Assembly (NCBI GenBank): GCA_947478395.1
Contig: CANJVR010000008.1
Coordinates: 49,285 to 113,284 of the forward strand
Direction: 5' to 3'
Length of the DNA stretch: 64,000 bases
Source: Opitutia bacterium
GTDB lineage: Bacteria > Verrucomicrobiota > Verrucomicrobiia > Opitutales > Opitutaceae
Below are positions 38,346 to 51,194 of the stretch, piece after piece. The position numbers were made by a program, and so were the translations under genes. The first letter of the stretch is position 1. Each line of letters starts with the position of its first letter. A model generated the notes under the pieces. It worked only from the letters and a program-made list of their open reading frames with translations, was not told where the DNA came from and searched no databases.

Positions 38346-39377
38346 ATGAAGCCTTTTCGCGCCCTTTTTATTTTTATCGCGGGTGGAGTTTTGGCTTCGG
38401 CCCAAGGCCGGTCATCGGCGATCACTCCGGTGGCGAGCGCCGTCCCGGAGACGCATCACTCCAATTTTGTTTTTTCGCTGCTGCCAAAATCATTTCAAAA
38501 AAAGCCCCGCCTCGAGTTCAACGTCATCACGGAGATGACCCCCGAGGGGCGCAAAGTGGCTCCGCCGTCGCCCGGGCAGCCGATCTATTATGTGGCGCAG
38601 GCCGGAAAATTTATTCGGACCGGTTCGGCGCTGACGGATAACGAGCATGCTCCACCTCGCGCCGATCTGGAGCAGGCGATGCAACGCGCGCTGGCCGCGA
38701 ATGGTTTTGTGGTGGGCGAACTGCCGGCGCACCGGCCGGGCTTGGTGGTCGTTTTCAATTATGGATCGCACAGCATGGATCCGCCGTTGCCGCCGGAACT
38801 CGCGGACGAAGTGGTGACGCCGCCGCAAACCGCTGAGGAATTGCTGCCGATCATCGCGCACGATGTGAACTTGCAGGCGGATTTGATCGAGCGGGCGGCG
38901 TTGATCGGCGGAAACGCCTTCGCGCTGCGCTTAAAGAGGGCTCTGATTGAAGAGGTGGCGAACATGACGACCAACTACGACATGCAGCCCAATGGCCAGC
39001 TGCCGGTGAGCCCGAATCCGGCGAGTCCTTTCCAGCTTTTTTTGTCGGGCAAGGACAGCGACCTGGTTGGGCACTTGGTGGAGGATGCCTTTCACAGCTG
39101 CTATTTTGTCGTGGCGTCGGCCTACGATTACGACGCGATGAGCCACGGGCAGAAGCGTCTGCTTTGGCGCACGAAAATGACGGTCGACGCGTCCGGAGTT
39201 AACATGACTGAGACGCTCGCGCCGTTGATCGCGAGTGCGGGGCCGTACTTTGGCCGGGATATGGCGGAAGCGTCGATCGTGGAGAAACGCATTTCCCGCG
39301 AAGGCAAAGTCGAAATCGGTACCGCGACGGTGGTTGAGGACAAGCGGTCAGAGATCCCGCCGCCTGTGAAACCCTGA
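38346..39377 (+). CDS. Secreted hypothetical protein
   Basis: Signal-like N-terminus; YFVVASAYDY...LLWRTKMTV motif; long clean ORF. Confidence 0.75.
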   Translation: MKPFRALFIFIAGGVLASAQGRSSAITPVASAVPETHHSNFVFSLLPKSFQKKPRLEFNVITEMTPEGRKVAPPSPGQPIYYVAQAGKFIRTGSALTDNEHAPPRADLEQAMQRALAANGFVVGELPAHRPGLVVVFNYGSHSMDPPLPPELADEVVTPPQTAEELLPIIAHDVNLQADLIERAALIGGNAFALRLKRALIEEVANMTTNYDMQPNGQLPVSPNPASPFQLFLSGKDSDLVGHLVEDAFHSCYFVVASAYDYDAMSHGQKRLLWRTKMTVDASGVNMTETLAPLIASAGPYFGRDMAEASIVEKRISREGKVEIGTATVVEDKRSEIPPPVKP

Positions 39378-39390
39378 TGGGGAGCTAAAA

Positions 39391-39597
39391 AAGCCGTGCC
39401 CGTTATGCCGAATGTTGGGTTCGATCTCGCTTGCTCGCTGAGGCGAGTCGCAGCGGAGGGTTCGGCCTCAGCTAGTCGGTAACGACCCGCTTAAGAGTCC
39501 GTGGCGGCTTGGTTTCGCGTCTCGTCGAAGTCGGCGACTTTAAAATCAAACAGCTGCGCGCGTACGCGCCGAAGGACCTTGGCGCGAACATCCCGGA
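39391..39597 (-). ncRNA. Candidate structured RNA, probably 6S RNA
   Basis: Minus-strand 5' CCGGGAUGUUCG can pair with 3' CGGCAUAACGG, resembling 6S termini; ~200 nt; nested complementary segments; U-tract after the 3' end. Confidence 0.45.
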
Positions 39598-39762
39598 GTG
39601 GGTGGGGGCGCGGGGTGCAAAAGATATTTTTATCGTTTAGGGACGCGGCCGATCCGTTTGGGTGAAGCGGGAAATTCCCAGAATCCCGCCGATGAGGGTT
39701 AAGGATGGACGTGGCCTAAAGCAGTCGCCGCCGCAGTCGCGGTTGAAAAACGGCGTGGAATA

Positions 39763-42075
<2,313 letters not shown>

Positions 42076-42163
42076 CTACTCTGATTTCGGCCCCATCGCC
42101 GCGCTGTCCTGAAAAAGATGGCACATTGCCGCTTTTTTGAAGGTCGGAATCGATTCCCATTCC

Positions 42164-42703
42164 ATGACCATGAAAACGCATCTCAACCTCGTTTTGGTGT
42201 TCGGACCGTTGTTCGTGATTTCGAGCGCCTCCGCGCAAAACACGGTGTCCGCCGAAGTTCCGGCTCCGGCTCTCGTTGCGACCGCTCCTGCGCTCGTTCC
42301 CAGCCAAGTGATTTATTCGCCTCGTTTACCGACTCCCGTGGAATTGACCAACGCGGCGGCGGCTCAGGGTGTGGCCATCAATCGCATCGAGCAAACAGCC
42401 ACACAAGTGACGGTGGCTTACAAGTTCAGCGACGGGCAGACCAAGACCGTCGCGTACCTTTTGCTGCCATCGCCCGGCGCGGCTCCGGCGCCGGTTCCGG
42501 TGGTCGTTCCGGCGAGCACGCCCGCCACGACTACGACCGTCTACTATGATTCCTCTCCGCGGGTCATTTACTACGAGCCGTCCTATTATCCTTATTCCTA
42601 TGCGCGCGATTGGTATCCGCCCGTATCGCTTAGCTTTGGTTTGGGCTTCGGCTTTCACGGTGGCGGCGGATATTACCGCGGCGGATTTCACGGACGCCGG
42701 TAG
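42164..42703 (+). CDS. Secreted Pro/Tyr-rich protein with Gly-rich aromatic C-tail
   Basis: Signal peptide (..SASA); YYEPSYYPY; PPVSLSFGLGFGFHGGGG. Confidence 0.75.
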   Translation: MTMKTHLNLVLVFGPLFVISSASAQNTVSAEVPAPALVATAPALVPSQVIYSPRLPTPVELTNAAAAQGVAINRIEQTATQVTVAYKFSDGQTKTVAYLLLPSPGAAPAPVPVVVPASTPATTTTVYYDSSPRVIYYEPSYYPYSYARDWYPPVSLSFGLGFGFHGGGGYYRGGFHGRR

Positions 42704-42733
42704 GTCGACCCGCAAAAATTAAAATCGGAGATC

Positions 42734-43258
42734 ATGGCGATGAATAAAAACTATCTGATTGTTCCCGCGCTGGCGGTGTCCTCGTTTTTTTCCAGCGGTT
42801 GCGTTGGCACCGGCCCCAACACCCAGCAAGGTGCCGTGACCGGTGGTGCTCTTGGGGCGCTGGCCGGTGCCGTCATCGGTAATAACAGCGGTGGTAATTC
42901 ACTTGGAGGAGCCGCCATTGGCGCGGCGCTCGGTGCGATCGCGGGCGGCACTATGGGCAACAGCGTCGACCACGAGCGCGACACGCTTTATGGCCAAAGC
43001 CCGGCACCGCGGTACCGGTATCGCACCGCTTCGCGCCCACCAACGCCGCCGCCGCCACCCGTCACGCCGGAGCCGTTTTCGGCTCCGCCAGCGTCGAATG
43101 CCCTCTGGATTCCCGGCTACTGGTCCTACGATGGTCAGAGTTACGCGTGGGCGGCGGGCCACTGGGAAATTCCTCCGCCCAATGTTCACGCGTATGTTAC
43201 GGCGCATTGGGAGGGGCGCGGCGCCGGTTATGTATTTGTCCCGAGTTACTGGCGCTAA
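42734..43258 (+). CDS. Lipoprotein with glycine zipper and WXXGXW repeats (paralog 1)
   Basis: Lipobox SSGC; GxxxG zipper; WIPGYW, WAAGHW. Confidence 0.85.
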   Translation: MAMNKNYLIVPALAVSSFFSSGCVGTGPNTQQGAVTGGALGALAGAVIGNNSGGNSLGGAAIGAALGAIAGGTMGNSVDHERDTLYGQSPAPRYRYRTASRPPTPPPPPVTPEPFSAPPASNALWIPGYWSYDGQSYAWAAGHWEIPPPNVHAYVTAHWEGRGAGYVFVPSYWR

Positions 43259-43348
43259 CATCGACAAGTTCGAAGGCTCCGGGGCCGTTGTTTTCCAATC
43301 GGTGACGTGTGCGCTGGAAAAAAATCCCGCGAGTGCATAGGGTGAGGG

Positions 43349-44344
43349 ATGGTTCCGTTCTCGATTCTTGATTTATGTCCGATCGTGCAGGGCGGCACTG
43401 CGGGTGATGCGTTTGATCGTACGCTCGATCTGGCGCGTCATGCCGAGGGTTGGGGTTTCCGGCGTTACTGGCTGGCCGAGCACCACAACATGCCGGGTAT
43501 TGCGAGCGCCGCGACGGCCGTGGTGATCGCGCACGTGGCGGCCGGCACGTCGACCATTCGGGTTGGCTCCGGCGGCATCATGTTGGCCAATCACGCGCCG
43601 TTGGTCATCGCCGAACAATTCGGCACGCTCGAATCGCTCTTTCCGGGGCGCATCGATCTCGGCCTCGGGCGTGCGCCAGGAACCGATCAGTTGACGGCCC
43701 ACGTTTTGCGCCGGGGAGACCCGAATGGGGCGGACACGTTTCCGCAAGACGTCGTTGAACTGCAGGCTTATTTTCACGAGGGGGCTCCGTCGCAGAAAGT
43801 CCGCGCAGTTCCGGGCACGGGGCTCGCGGTGCCGATTTGGTTGCTCGGATCTAGTTTGTTCAGCGCACAGCTGGCCGCGGCGTTGGGTCTGCCGTTTGCG
43901 TTCGCTTCACACTTTGCGCCGGATCTTCTGATGGAAGCGCTGGCGATTTATCGCGGCGAATTTCAACCGTCCAAGGCGTATCCGGAGCCGTACGCGATGG
44001 CGGCGGTGGCCGCCTACGTTGCCGACACGGAAGCCGAGGCCAGCCGTTTGTTTACTTCCCTGCAGCAGAGTTTCGTGCAGCTCCGTCGCGGTCGTCCCGT
44101 GCCGCTTCCGCCTCCGGTGGCGAGCATGGACGGCCGATGGAGCGTCGCTGAAAAGGCGGGGGTCGAGCACGCCTTTCGCGAGGCCATCGTGGGATCACCG
44201 GGGATCGCCGAGGGAAAAATCAACGCTTTCATCGAGCGCACCGGAGTGGACGAACTGCTTTTGACCTCGGCGATTTTCGACCACACGGCGCGCCTCCGCT
44301 CGTTTGAGCTGATTGCGCAGATTCAACGCTCCGTGCGCATTTAA
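43349..44344 (+). CDS. Luciferase-like (LLM class) flavin monooxygenase, YhbW-like
   Basis: [44 protein letters not shown]. Confidence 0.92.
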   Translation: MVPFSILDLCPIVQGGTAGDAFDRTLDLARHAEGWGFRRYWLAEHHNMPGIASAATAVVIAHVAAGTSTIRVGSGGIMLANHAPLVIAEQFGTLESLFPGRIDLGLGRAPGTDQLTAHVLRRGDPNGADTFPQDVVELQAYFHEGAPSQKVRAVPGTGLAVPIWLLGSSLFSAQLAAALGLPFAFASHFAPDLLMEALAIYRGEFQPSKAYPEPYAMAAVAAYVADTEAEASRLFTSLQQSFVQLRRGRPVPLPPPVASMDGRWSVAEKAGVEHAFREAIVGSPGIAEGKINAFIERTGVDELLLTSAIFDHTARLRSFELIAQIQRSVRI

Positions 44345-44426
44345 AGGCGCCGTCCGAGGTGCGAGGCGTCAGCTCGTGTTCGTCAGCCCGGACCGCGGGC
44401 CGAAACCTCGCGCTATCTAAGAACCT

Positions 44427-44939
44427 TTATCGCCAGTAACCTTGGACGTAAACGTACGCAGGCCCGCGGCGAACCCAGTGCGGCGTGACGTACGCTCGAT
44501 GCCGCGGTGGCGGCATGATCCAATAGCCGGGAAACCACACATAGCCGCGGCCCGCGTAGCCCCAGTAGCCATCGATCCAAACCATGCCGGCGCTGGGGCG
44601 CGGGGTGATCACCTCGATGCGCGGCGCTGGCGTGGGCGGCGGCTCCTGCACGACGACGTTGGTCGTGGCTTCGGCCTCGGACTGATAAAGCGTACCGCGT
44701 TCGTGGTCGGCGTTGTTGCCAAGGGTCCCGCCAGCGACCCCGCCGACCAGTGCGCCGATGAGCGCGCCGCCCGCTCCATTGTGGCCGCCGGAATTGTTGC
44801 CGATAATTGCGCCCGCGAGGGCGCCCAGCGCGGCACCCCCGACTGCGCCCTGTTGCGTGTTCGGTCCGGTCCCGACGCAGCCGGATAGCATCGGTAGCAG
44901 CGACAGACCGACCAGAAAAAGAGTGTGGTTGGTTTTCAT
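44427..44939 (-). CDS. Lipoprotein with glycine zipper and WXXGXW repeats (paralog 2)
   Basis: Lipobox LSGC; GCVGTGPNTQQGAV identical to paralog 1; WIDGYW, WFPGYW. Confidence 0.85.
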   Translation of the reverse strand: MKTNHTLFLVGLSLLPMLSGCVGTGPNTQQGAVGGAALGALAGAIIGNNSGGHNGAGGALIGALVGGVAGGTLGNNADHERGTLYQSEAEATTNVVVQEPPPTPAPRIEVITPRPSAGMVWIDGYWGYAGRGYVWFPGYWIMPPPRHRAYVTPHWVRRGPAYVYVQGYWR

Positions 44940-44946
44940 CTCGCGC

Positions 44947-44975
44947 TTAGATGCACGGCGCGGAAGGGAAGTTCC
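44947..44975 (-). promoter_or_regulatory. ECF (RpoE-like) sigma promoter
   Basis: Minus strand GGAACTT-N17-TCTAA, 7 nt upstream of ATG 44939. Confidence 0.5.
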
Positions 44976-45290
44976 CCGGGGTTTCCAAGGGGAATCGCGA
45001 TTTCAGCCCGGAGCCCCGTCACATCGTTGTCCAGGAGGTGAAACTGCAACGTGGTGAGTGGCTCGAGCGCGCGATCCGGCGTCGCTGCACTCATCAGCTT
45101 GCGCGCCAGCACCACGGTGCGCGGCGATTGTCCCGTCGTGCGGGCGTCCTTGGCCACGTTCGTGGCTGCATCGTATCCGATCGTGGCAGGCGGCGCGGCT
45201 CTTAATCAGCTGGAGCCTGCTTCCGGTCTCCTGACGGACAGTTCGCGGGTTGCATCTTCCCGCGCGCCGCGTCGTCTTTCTCGCACCCTC

Positions 45291-47300
45291 ATGCAAATCT
45301 TCCGCCTCCCTCCGGTCTTGTCGCACGTTCTGCTCGGCTGGCTCGCTTGCGTCGCTTGCACGCTCTCCGCTCTGGCTCAAACCGCTGCGCCGGTTCAACT
45401 CATGGTTAACGGGGCCCCGGCTCAGCCCGGTGATTTCAAGCCGGCCGATGTGAAATCGCTGGTGCTTTCCAACGGGCTGCTCTCGCTCTCTTTCGGCAAG
45501 GATTCCAACGGCGATTTTAGCGCGACGTCGGTGGTAAAAAACGGTCAGGAACTGGCGCATAATCTCCACGGAGTTGAGCCGCGCGACGTCGATGCGCATC
45601 GTACGTTCTATCTCGATTCCGGCGCGGGCCGCGAGCACCTCGTGGTGGACACGGTGCGCATCGTGAAATACACCCCCGACCTCGCGCACTTCGCCGTGAT
45701 CGATAACCGCGCGCTGCACCTGGAACATCATTTTGTAATGCTGCGCGGCGAGAGCGGTGTTCATCCCTACGTCATCGTCCAAAACGCGCCCGGCGCGAAC
45801 AGCGGCGAGACGCGCACGATGTACCGTTTCGACATGGATATTCTCGATTGGGCTTGGACCAAGGAGCGCGTGGGCCGTCAGCCGAAGTATGCTCTGCTCC
45901 AATCGATTTCTCCCGCCGGCAACATGGGCGACGAAACGTGGAAACTGGCCGACGGTTCTGTTTATCAGAAATACGACTACGCGCTCTACTACGCGGACAG
46001 CCCGATGTGGGGTCATTTCGGCCACGGCTTCGGCGTATTCTTCATTCCGACGAGCACGGAGTCCTACGCCGGCGGCCCCCTGCGCCACGAACTCGCGGTG
46101 CACCAGGACGCTTTGATCTTAAATTATATCGGCGGCGGGCACTTTGGCGGCGGCGGTCCCGCCACCAGTCGCACCGGCGCGAAAATCCACGGTCCGTGGT
46201 TTCTCTACTTCAACACCGGCCCGAATCAGGAAGCCATCATCGCCGATGCGCTGAAGGTCGCCGCCGCCGAGAAACAGAAATGGCCCTACACCTGGGTTGA
46301 AGAGCCGCTCTATCCGGTGAAGCGCACGGCCGTCACTGGACAGCTCAAGCTTTCGCACAATCGTTCCACCGCTTCCGCCTACGTGATTTTGGGCCAGCCC
46401 AGCAACCCGGTGGCGCAGCGCGGCGGCGGTGGTGGGGCCCGCGGCCCTGGCGGCCCCGCTCGCAATGGGCCCCCTCGTGCAGCCGAGGCGCCCGCGGCGC
46501 CGGGCGCGCCCGAAATCGATCCGGCGAGTCGCAGCGACGGCGCCAATCTGGCGGGCGGTCCCGGTGGACGCGGCGCTCCGGCGGGCGCGGTCGGCGCCCC
46601 CGATCGCGCAAGTGCGATCTACAATCAGGGCGGCGATTACATCTTCTACGTCCAGGCCGATACCAATGGAAAGTTCACTTTGCCCGCAGTGCGGCCCGGC
46701 ACGTACACGTTGTATGCGTGGCAAACACAAGGTCCGGTGACGCAGTCTTTCGCGCGGGACGGCGTTGAGGTGAAAGGCGACACGCTCGATCTGGGCGTGG
46801 TGGAATGGGATGCGCCCTATCATCCGAACCTCGTGTTCCAAGTCGGCCAGGCCGATCGGATGGCCGGTGAATTCAAATTCGGCGATCAGCCGCGCACGAA
46901 CCAAATGGTGCAGAAAATACCCCTGGACCTCACGTTCACCGTCGGCCAGAGCAAGGCCGCGAACGACTGGTTCTACGCGCAGCATGGCGGCACGTGGACG
47001 GTCGCGTTCGATATGGCCAAGGTTCCGGCGGGGAACGCCTATCTCACGATTCCCGTCGCCGGCGGTCCGGGCAACGTGACGGTTTTGGTGAACGGCAAGG
47101 AAGTAGGGCAGGTCGTCCATCGCGACGACGCCAGCGTGCGCCGTGCCGCGAACCGCAGCGGTGTCTACAATCGTTTTGAATTCACTTTCCCCGCGGCGGT
47201 GCTCCAGCCGGGAAAAAATGCCGTCAGCCTGCGCATGGATGCCGGTACCGGAAACGTGAACGGTCTCATGTATGATACGGTGGTGCTCGAGACCGACTGA
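45291..47300 (+). CDS. Polysaccharide lyase family 4 (rhamnogalacturonan lyase-like), secreted
   Basis: Signal peptide; QKYDY; GGPLRHEL; GKFTLPAVRPGTYTLYA (domain II); LMYDTVVLE C-terminus. Confidence 0.82.
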   Translation: MQIFRLPPVLSHVLLGWLACVACTLSALAQTAAPVQLMVNGAPAQPGDFKPADVKSLVLSNGLLSLSFGKDSNGDFSATSVVKNGQELAHNLHGVEPRDVDAHRTFYLDSGAGREHLVVDTVRIVKYTPDLAHFAVIDNRALHLEHHFVMLRGESGVHPYVIVQNAPGANSGETRTMYRFDMDILDWAWTKERVGRQPKYALLQSISPAGNMGDETWKLADGSVYQKYDYALYYADSPMWGHFGHGFGVFFIPTSTESYAGGPLRHELAVHQDALILNYIGGGHFGGGGPATSRTGAKIHGPWFLYFNTGPNQEAIIADALKVAAAEKQKWPYTWVEEPLYPVKRTAVTGQLKLSHNRSTASAYVILGQPSNPVAQRGGGGGARGPGGPARNGPPRAAEAPAAPGAPEIDPASRSDGANLAGGPGGRGAPAGAVGAPDRASAIYNQGGDYIFYVQADTNGKFTLPAVRPGTYTLYAWQTQGPVTQSFARDGVEVKGDTLDLGVVEWDAPYHPNLVFQVGQADRMAGEFKFGDQPRTNQMVQKIPLDLTFTVGQSKAANDWFYAQHGGTWTVAFDMAKVPAGNAYLTIPVAGGPGNVTVLVNGKEVGQVVHRDDASVRRAANRSGVYNRFEFTFPAAVLQPGKNAVSLRMDAGTGNVNGLMYDTVVLETD

Positions 47301-47408
47301 GTTTTGAAGGAGCCGGGCGTGGTCCGAGGGCCTGATAAAAGACAGGCGCGTTACCGGTTGCCCGCGTGCCTCGCGTTGGGTGCGGTGCGCTGAGCCTCAA
47401 TTACCGGA

Positions 47409-47550
47409 CTGGAGCGGTCGACCAAAGCCGGTCCGCTAACGACGTAGCGGCCGGCGTCCCTGCCGGCCGAAACGAGGCCCCAACCCGGCAGGCAGGCAGG
47501 GACGCCTGCCGCTACATAATTCGGCCAATGAAAAACCTAGATAGCCCTAG
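47409..47550. repeat. MITE/REP-like element, copy F
   Basis: CTGGAGCGG...GACGTAGCGGCCGGCGTCCCTGCC...GGCAGGGACGCCTGCCGCTAC...CGGCCAATGAAAAACCTAG..CCCTAG; the terminal CTAG contains the rapA stop codon. Confidence 0.8.
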
Positions 47551-50405
47551 AGGTCTTTCTCTGGCCCCTCGATGATCAGTCGGATCGAGTCCAGCCGCAG
47601 ACGCGCGTCGCCGATGGCGGTGACGGTGCGCTGCAATTGCTCCCGGGCCAGGTCAATTTCCTCCGCCCGCACGTGGTCGTTGAGTTTGCGCAAATCGACC
47701 AACCGCTGAATTTCCACGCCCAACGCTAACTCGGCGCGATCGCGGGCAATCTGCCTCAACGTCAGCGCGTGGGCTTCGGCTCGCGCGGTGGCCGTATCGA
47801 GCAGGGTTTTCAACAAGGCCGCGTTAAACCCCGGTCGTTCCAAAAAACGCTGAATCGTCCCGTCGGTAAAATCGGCCGCGAGCGATGCGACCGTTCGCTC
47901 GGCGGTGAGATCGTTTGCTCTCACATCGACGACCACCCGCACGGGCACGGGCGCTAGAAATTGATCCACGTGCCAGCGCGAATCCACCACGGTCTCGAGT
48001 ACGAACACCGCCTCGAGCAAAAGATTCGGCGCGGCCGCCTCGACAAAACCAAAGGCGGTCGTTCCGGCTTTCGAGTCGATCAGCAGATCGATCGCATCCT
48101 GGATCAAGGCGTGGTCGGCTGAAATGAATCGAATGTCCTCACGCACAATCGCGCGCTCCCGCGCGAACGTCGCGAGCATGCCATCGGCTGGAATCGACGG
48201 AAATCCTTCGATGTAGGCGTGGCTCGGATCGAGAAACACATCGCCGTCCTCATGCTCTTTCACGCGTACGCCGAAATGGTCCAGTAGCCCCATGAGAAAA
48301 TTGCGCAGGAACGGGTCGGCATCGACCGCCCGCACGCGCGCGATCACGCGCTCCGCCACCTCGCGATTGAACGAGTTGAGCTCAAGCAAACGATCGCGTC
48401 CTTGCTTCAGTTTTAGCGCCAGCGCGGTTTGGAATTGCGCCGTCTCCGCCACCAACGCCTCCAGTTGCGCGCGGCCCGCGTCGGCGCTTTCGCCAAAGGC
48501 CAGCGCCAGAGTGAGCAGCCGTGTTTTGAACGCGTCCTGGTATTCGTTGCCGCCGTGCAGCGACGTCTGGAACGCATTCAGCCCACGGTGGTACCACTCG
48601 ACCACGCATTCCTCCGCGCTGCCCGTGATATACGGCACATGGATCCGTATCGTCTGGGTCTGCCCGATGCGATCAAGCCGGCCGATACGCTGCTCGAGCA
48701 GCCCGGGATTCAACGGCAGATCGAAGAGCACCAAATGATGCGCGAACTGAAAATTCCGACCTTCGCTGCCGATCTCGGAACAAATCAAAAGCTGCGCGCC
48801 CTCCGGCTCGGAGAACCAGGCGGCGTTGCGGTCGCGCTGTACGAGCGGCAGGCCCTCGTGAAACAACCCGACCTTGAGCGCGATCCGTTCCTGTAGCGCC
48901 GCTTCGATGGCCAGGACTTTCTTCTGCGACTTGCAGATTAGCAGGATTTTCTCCGGCCGCTGTCGCTGGAGAAAAGCGATCAGCCAGTCGATCCGAGGAT
49001 CGTCCTTGAACGCGTAGCGGATGCCGGCGTCCGCGCCCGTTTCCTCGGCGCTAAGTTCGCGCGCGATGCGCGCGAGCTGCGTGAGATTTTTTTCCACGGT
49101 GAGCGGAGCCGGACAGAATTTGCGCGGCGGAAATCCGGTCATGGCCGCGCGGGTATTGCGGAAAACGACGCGCCCCGTGCCGTGCTGGTCGAACAGATTT
49201 TGCAGCAGCGCCGTGCGGGCGCCGGCTTTGCCCTGCGCCAGCTGCTCGAGGTGACGGGCCAGCTGCGCTGGATCACGATTGAAGATTTTCTTCAAGGTCG
49301 CGTGGTCTTTCGGCGTGAGCGTTTTTTGCTCAATGATTTTTTCCGCCACGCCCGCAACTAAGCCGAAACGCTCGGCCTCGGCGCGAAACGCATCGAAGTC
49401 CGCATAGCGGTTGGGATCGAGGAGGCGGAGCCGGGCGAAATGCCCGGCCAGCCCGAGCTGGGTCGGCGTGGCCGTCAGCAGGAGCAGGCCTGAGCTGCAG
49501 GCGGCGAGTTGTTCGACCAGCGCGTAACCGGGACTGCTCGCGGCCGGCGTCCATTCGAGATGATGGGCCTCATCGACCACGACCATATCCCAGCCCGCGG
49601 CCACCGCTTGCTCGCGCCGTGGCTGGCTCCCCGCGAGGAATGTCACGCTGCACAGCGCAAGTTGCGTCGCGAGAAACGGATTTTTCCCCGCGTCGCTTTG
49701 CTCGCAGGCCATGCAGCGTGCTTCATCGTAGATACTGAACCACAGGTTGAACCGCCGCAGCAGCTCGACGAACCACTGGTGCGTCAGCGATTCAGGCACG
49801 AGAATGAGCGCGCGGCGGACTTTCCCTACCGCCAGCAGGCGCTGCAGAATCAGGCAGGCCTCGATCGTTTTACCCAGACCGACTTCATCAGCCAGCAGTA
49901 CGCGCGGGATCTGGCGCGAGGAAACCTCCGCGAGAATAAAAAATTGGTGCGGGATCAGCTCGAGCCGTCCGCCGAGAAACCCACGCACGTCCGACGATCT
50001 GAAGCGTGCCTGCGCCTGCAACGCCTGGAAGCGCAGGTCGAAGACTTCGCCGGGATCCACCTGGCCCGCGAGCAAGCGTTCCTGCGGGTGGCTCACGCTT
50101 GTGACATCGGATATTTCGTCCTCTCGCACCTTCTGCCCGCCGCCCGTGTATACGAGCAAACCGGCCTCTTCGGTCGCGGTCTCGATCACGAAAGAGCCGC
50201 CGCCGCGCGTCGTCACCGTTTCGCCGGTGCGAAATTGGACGCGTTTCAGCACCGCGGTGCCTAAGGCGTACAGCCGGCGCTCGCCGGTCGCGGGAAAATC
50301 GATGCCGATGCGCTTGGCCGGCCCATCCACGCTGGCGACCACGCCGAGCCCGAGCTCGGGCTCCCGCTCACTCATGCAACGCTGACCAATAATTCCAAGC
50401 GACAT
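47547..50405 (-). CDS. rapA: RNA polymerase-associated SWI2/SNF2 ATPase RapA/HepA
   Basis: GQRCMSEREPELGLG N-terminus; LADEVGLGKT; DEAHH; SEIGSEGRNFQ; EQRIGRLDRIGQ. Confidence 0.95.
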   Translation of the reverse strand: MSLGIIGQRCMSEREPELGLGVVASVDGPAKRIGIDFPATGERRLYALGTAVLKRVQFRTGETVTTRGGGSFVIETATEEAGLLVYTGGGQKVREDEISDVTSVSHPQERLLAGQVDPGEVFDLRFQALQAQARFRSSDVRGFLGGRLELIPHQFFILAEVSSRQIPRVLLADEVGLGKTIEACLILQRLLAVGKVRRALILVPESLTHQWFVELLRRFNLWFSIYDEARCMACEQSDAGKNPFLATQLALCSVTFLAGSQPRREQAVAAGWDMVVVDEAHHLEWTPAASSPGYALVEQLAACSSGLLLLTATPTQLGLAGHFARLRLLDPNRYADFDAFRAEAERFGLVAGVAEKIIEQKTLTPKDHATLKKIFNRDPAQLARHLEQLAQGKAGARTALLQNLFDQHGTGRVVFRNTRAAMTGFPPRKFCPAPLTVEKNLTQLARIARELSAEETGADAGIRYAFKDDPRIDWLIAFLQRQRPEKILLICKSQKKVLAIEAALQERIALKVGLFHEGLPLVQRDRNAAWFSEPEGAQLLICSEIGSEGRNFQFAHHLVLFDLPLNPGLLEQRIGRLDRIGQTQTIRIHVPYITGSAEECVVEWYHRGLNAFQTSLHGGNEYQDAFKTRLLTLALAFGESADAGRAQLEALVAETAQFQTALALKLKQGRDRLLELNSFNREVAERVIARVRAVDADPFLRNFLMGLLDHFGVRVKEHEDGDVFLDPSHAYIEGFPSIPADGMLATFARERAIVREDIRFISADHALIQDAIDLLIDSKAGTTAFGFVEAAAPNLLLEAVFVLETVVDSRWHVDQFLAPVPVRVVVDVRANDLTAERTVASLAADFTDGTIQRFLERPGFNAALLKTLLDTATARAEAHALTLRQIARDRAELALGVEIQRLVDLRKLNDHVRAEEIDLAREQLQRTVTAIGDARLRLDSIRLIIEGPEKDL

Positions 50406-50542
50406 GCCGACATGAGGCCGGACGCCGGCGCTATTTCAAAATGTTTTTCGAGCGGCGCTACTCATTAACCGTATAACTCGCCGTCCTTAAGGCAGCGCGC
50501 TGGCGTCCACCGATGAAGTCCTTGGTTCAGGTGGATAGGATC

Positions 50543-50782
50543 TCAATTGATCGAGCCCTTCGAAGCGTAAAATGGCACGAGCTGTTTCAAGTGGCCCTGC
50601 ACGATCGCGGCCACGGTCGAGGCGGGAGTTGTTCCCTTGTGCAGCTCGAAGATGGCGACGAGCAGGGCGAGTTCGATGTCCACTTTCTTCGGACTGGTGG
50701 CCTTCATCGCGGCCAGGAGCTCGAGGGCCTTTTTTTCGGCCCCCTTGTAGTCGTTGAAATTTTCCTCGGTCGGCGTCGCCAT
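50543..50782 (-). CDS. Small helical hypothetical protein (79 aa)
   Basis: ATG at 50782 (MATPTEENFNDY..); protein-like composition. Confidence 0.65.
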   Translation of the reverse strand: MATPTEENFNDYKGAEKKALELLAAMKATSPKKVDIELALLVAIFELHKGTTPASTVAAIVQGHLKQLVPFYASKGSIN

Positions 50783-51133
50783 CCCGTCAAGTGGCCCGAC
50801 ATCTTCGTTGATCGTCAAGCGTCCAATAATCCGGTGTGTCGCCGGCAGGATCGCTCCGATCGGCTCTACCGTATTTTTATTTTCGGCAGCTGGGTTCTTT
50901 CTTGGGGTCAAGTCTCGGACTGCGCTGGCTCAGTTCGGGTGAGGCTCGGTCAAGGCGTTTTGGCCCCTTCGACCGGGTTAGCCGCGCACCGGGTTGCGCC
51001 CTTTTTGGGCTAGGGCGCGCTGGCTGCCTAGGGATGATCTGCCCTATCTTTGGAAAACATCCGGCTCGTTCTGCGGATGTTGCCGTTCGGCCGGCGAAAT
51101 TCAGGGCTTCAATCAATCCGGCCACGTGGGCGC

Positions 51134-51164
51134 AAAAAAACTCCGCCCGGTTAGAGGCGGAGTT
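51134..51164 (-). terminator. Rho-independent terminator after skp
   Basis: Minus strand AACTCCGCC-loop-GGCGGAGTTTTTTT. Confidence 0.85.
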
Positions 51165-51194
51165 GAAAATTTGGTCAATTCAGCTTGATGCTCG

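Noticed and set aside
42119..42133. TGGCAC...GC as a sigma-54 promoter
   Set aside because: GG-to-GC spacing is 9 nt, not the required 10.
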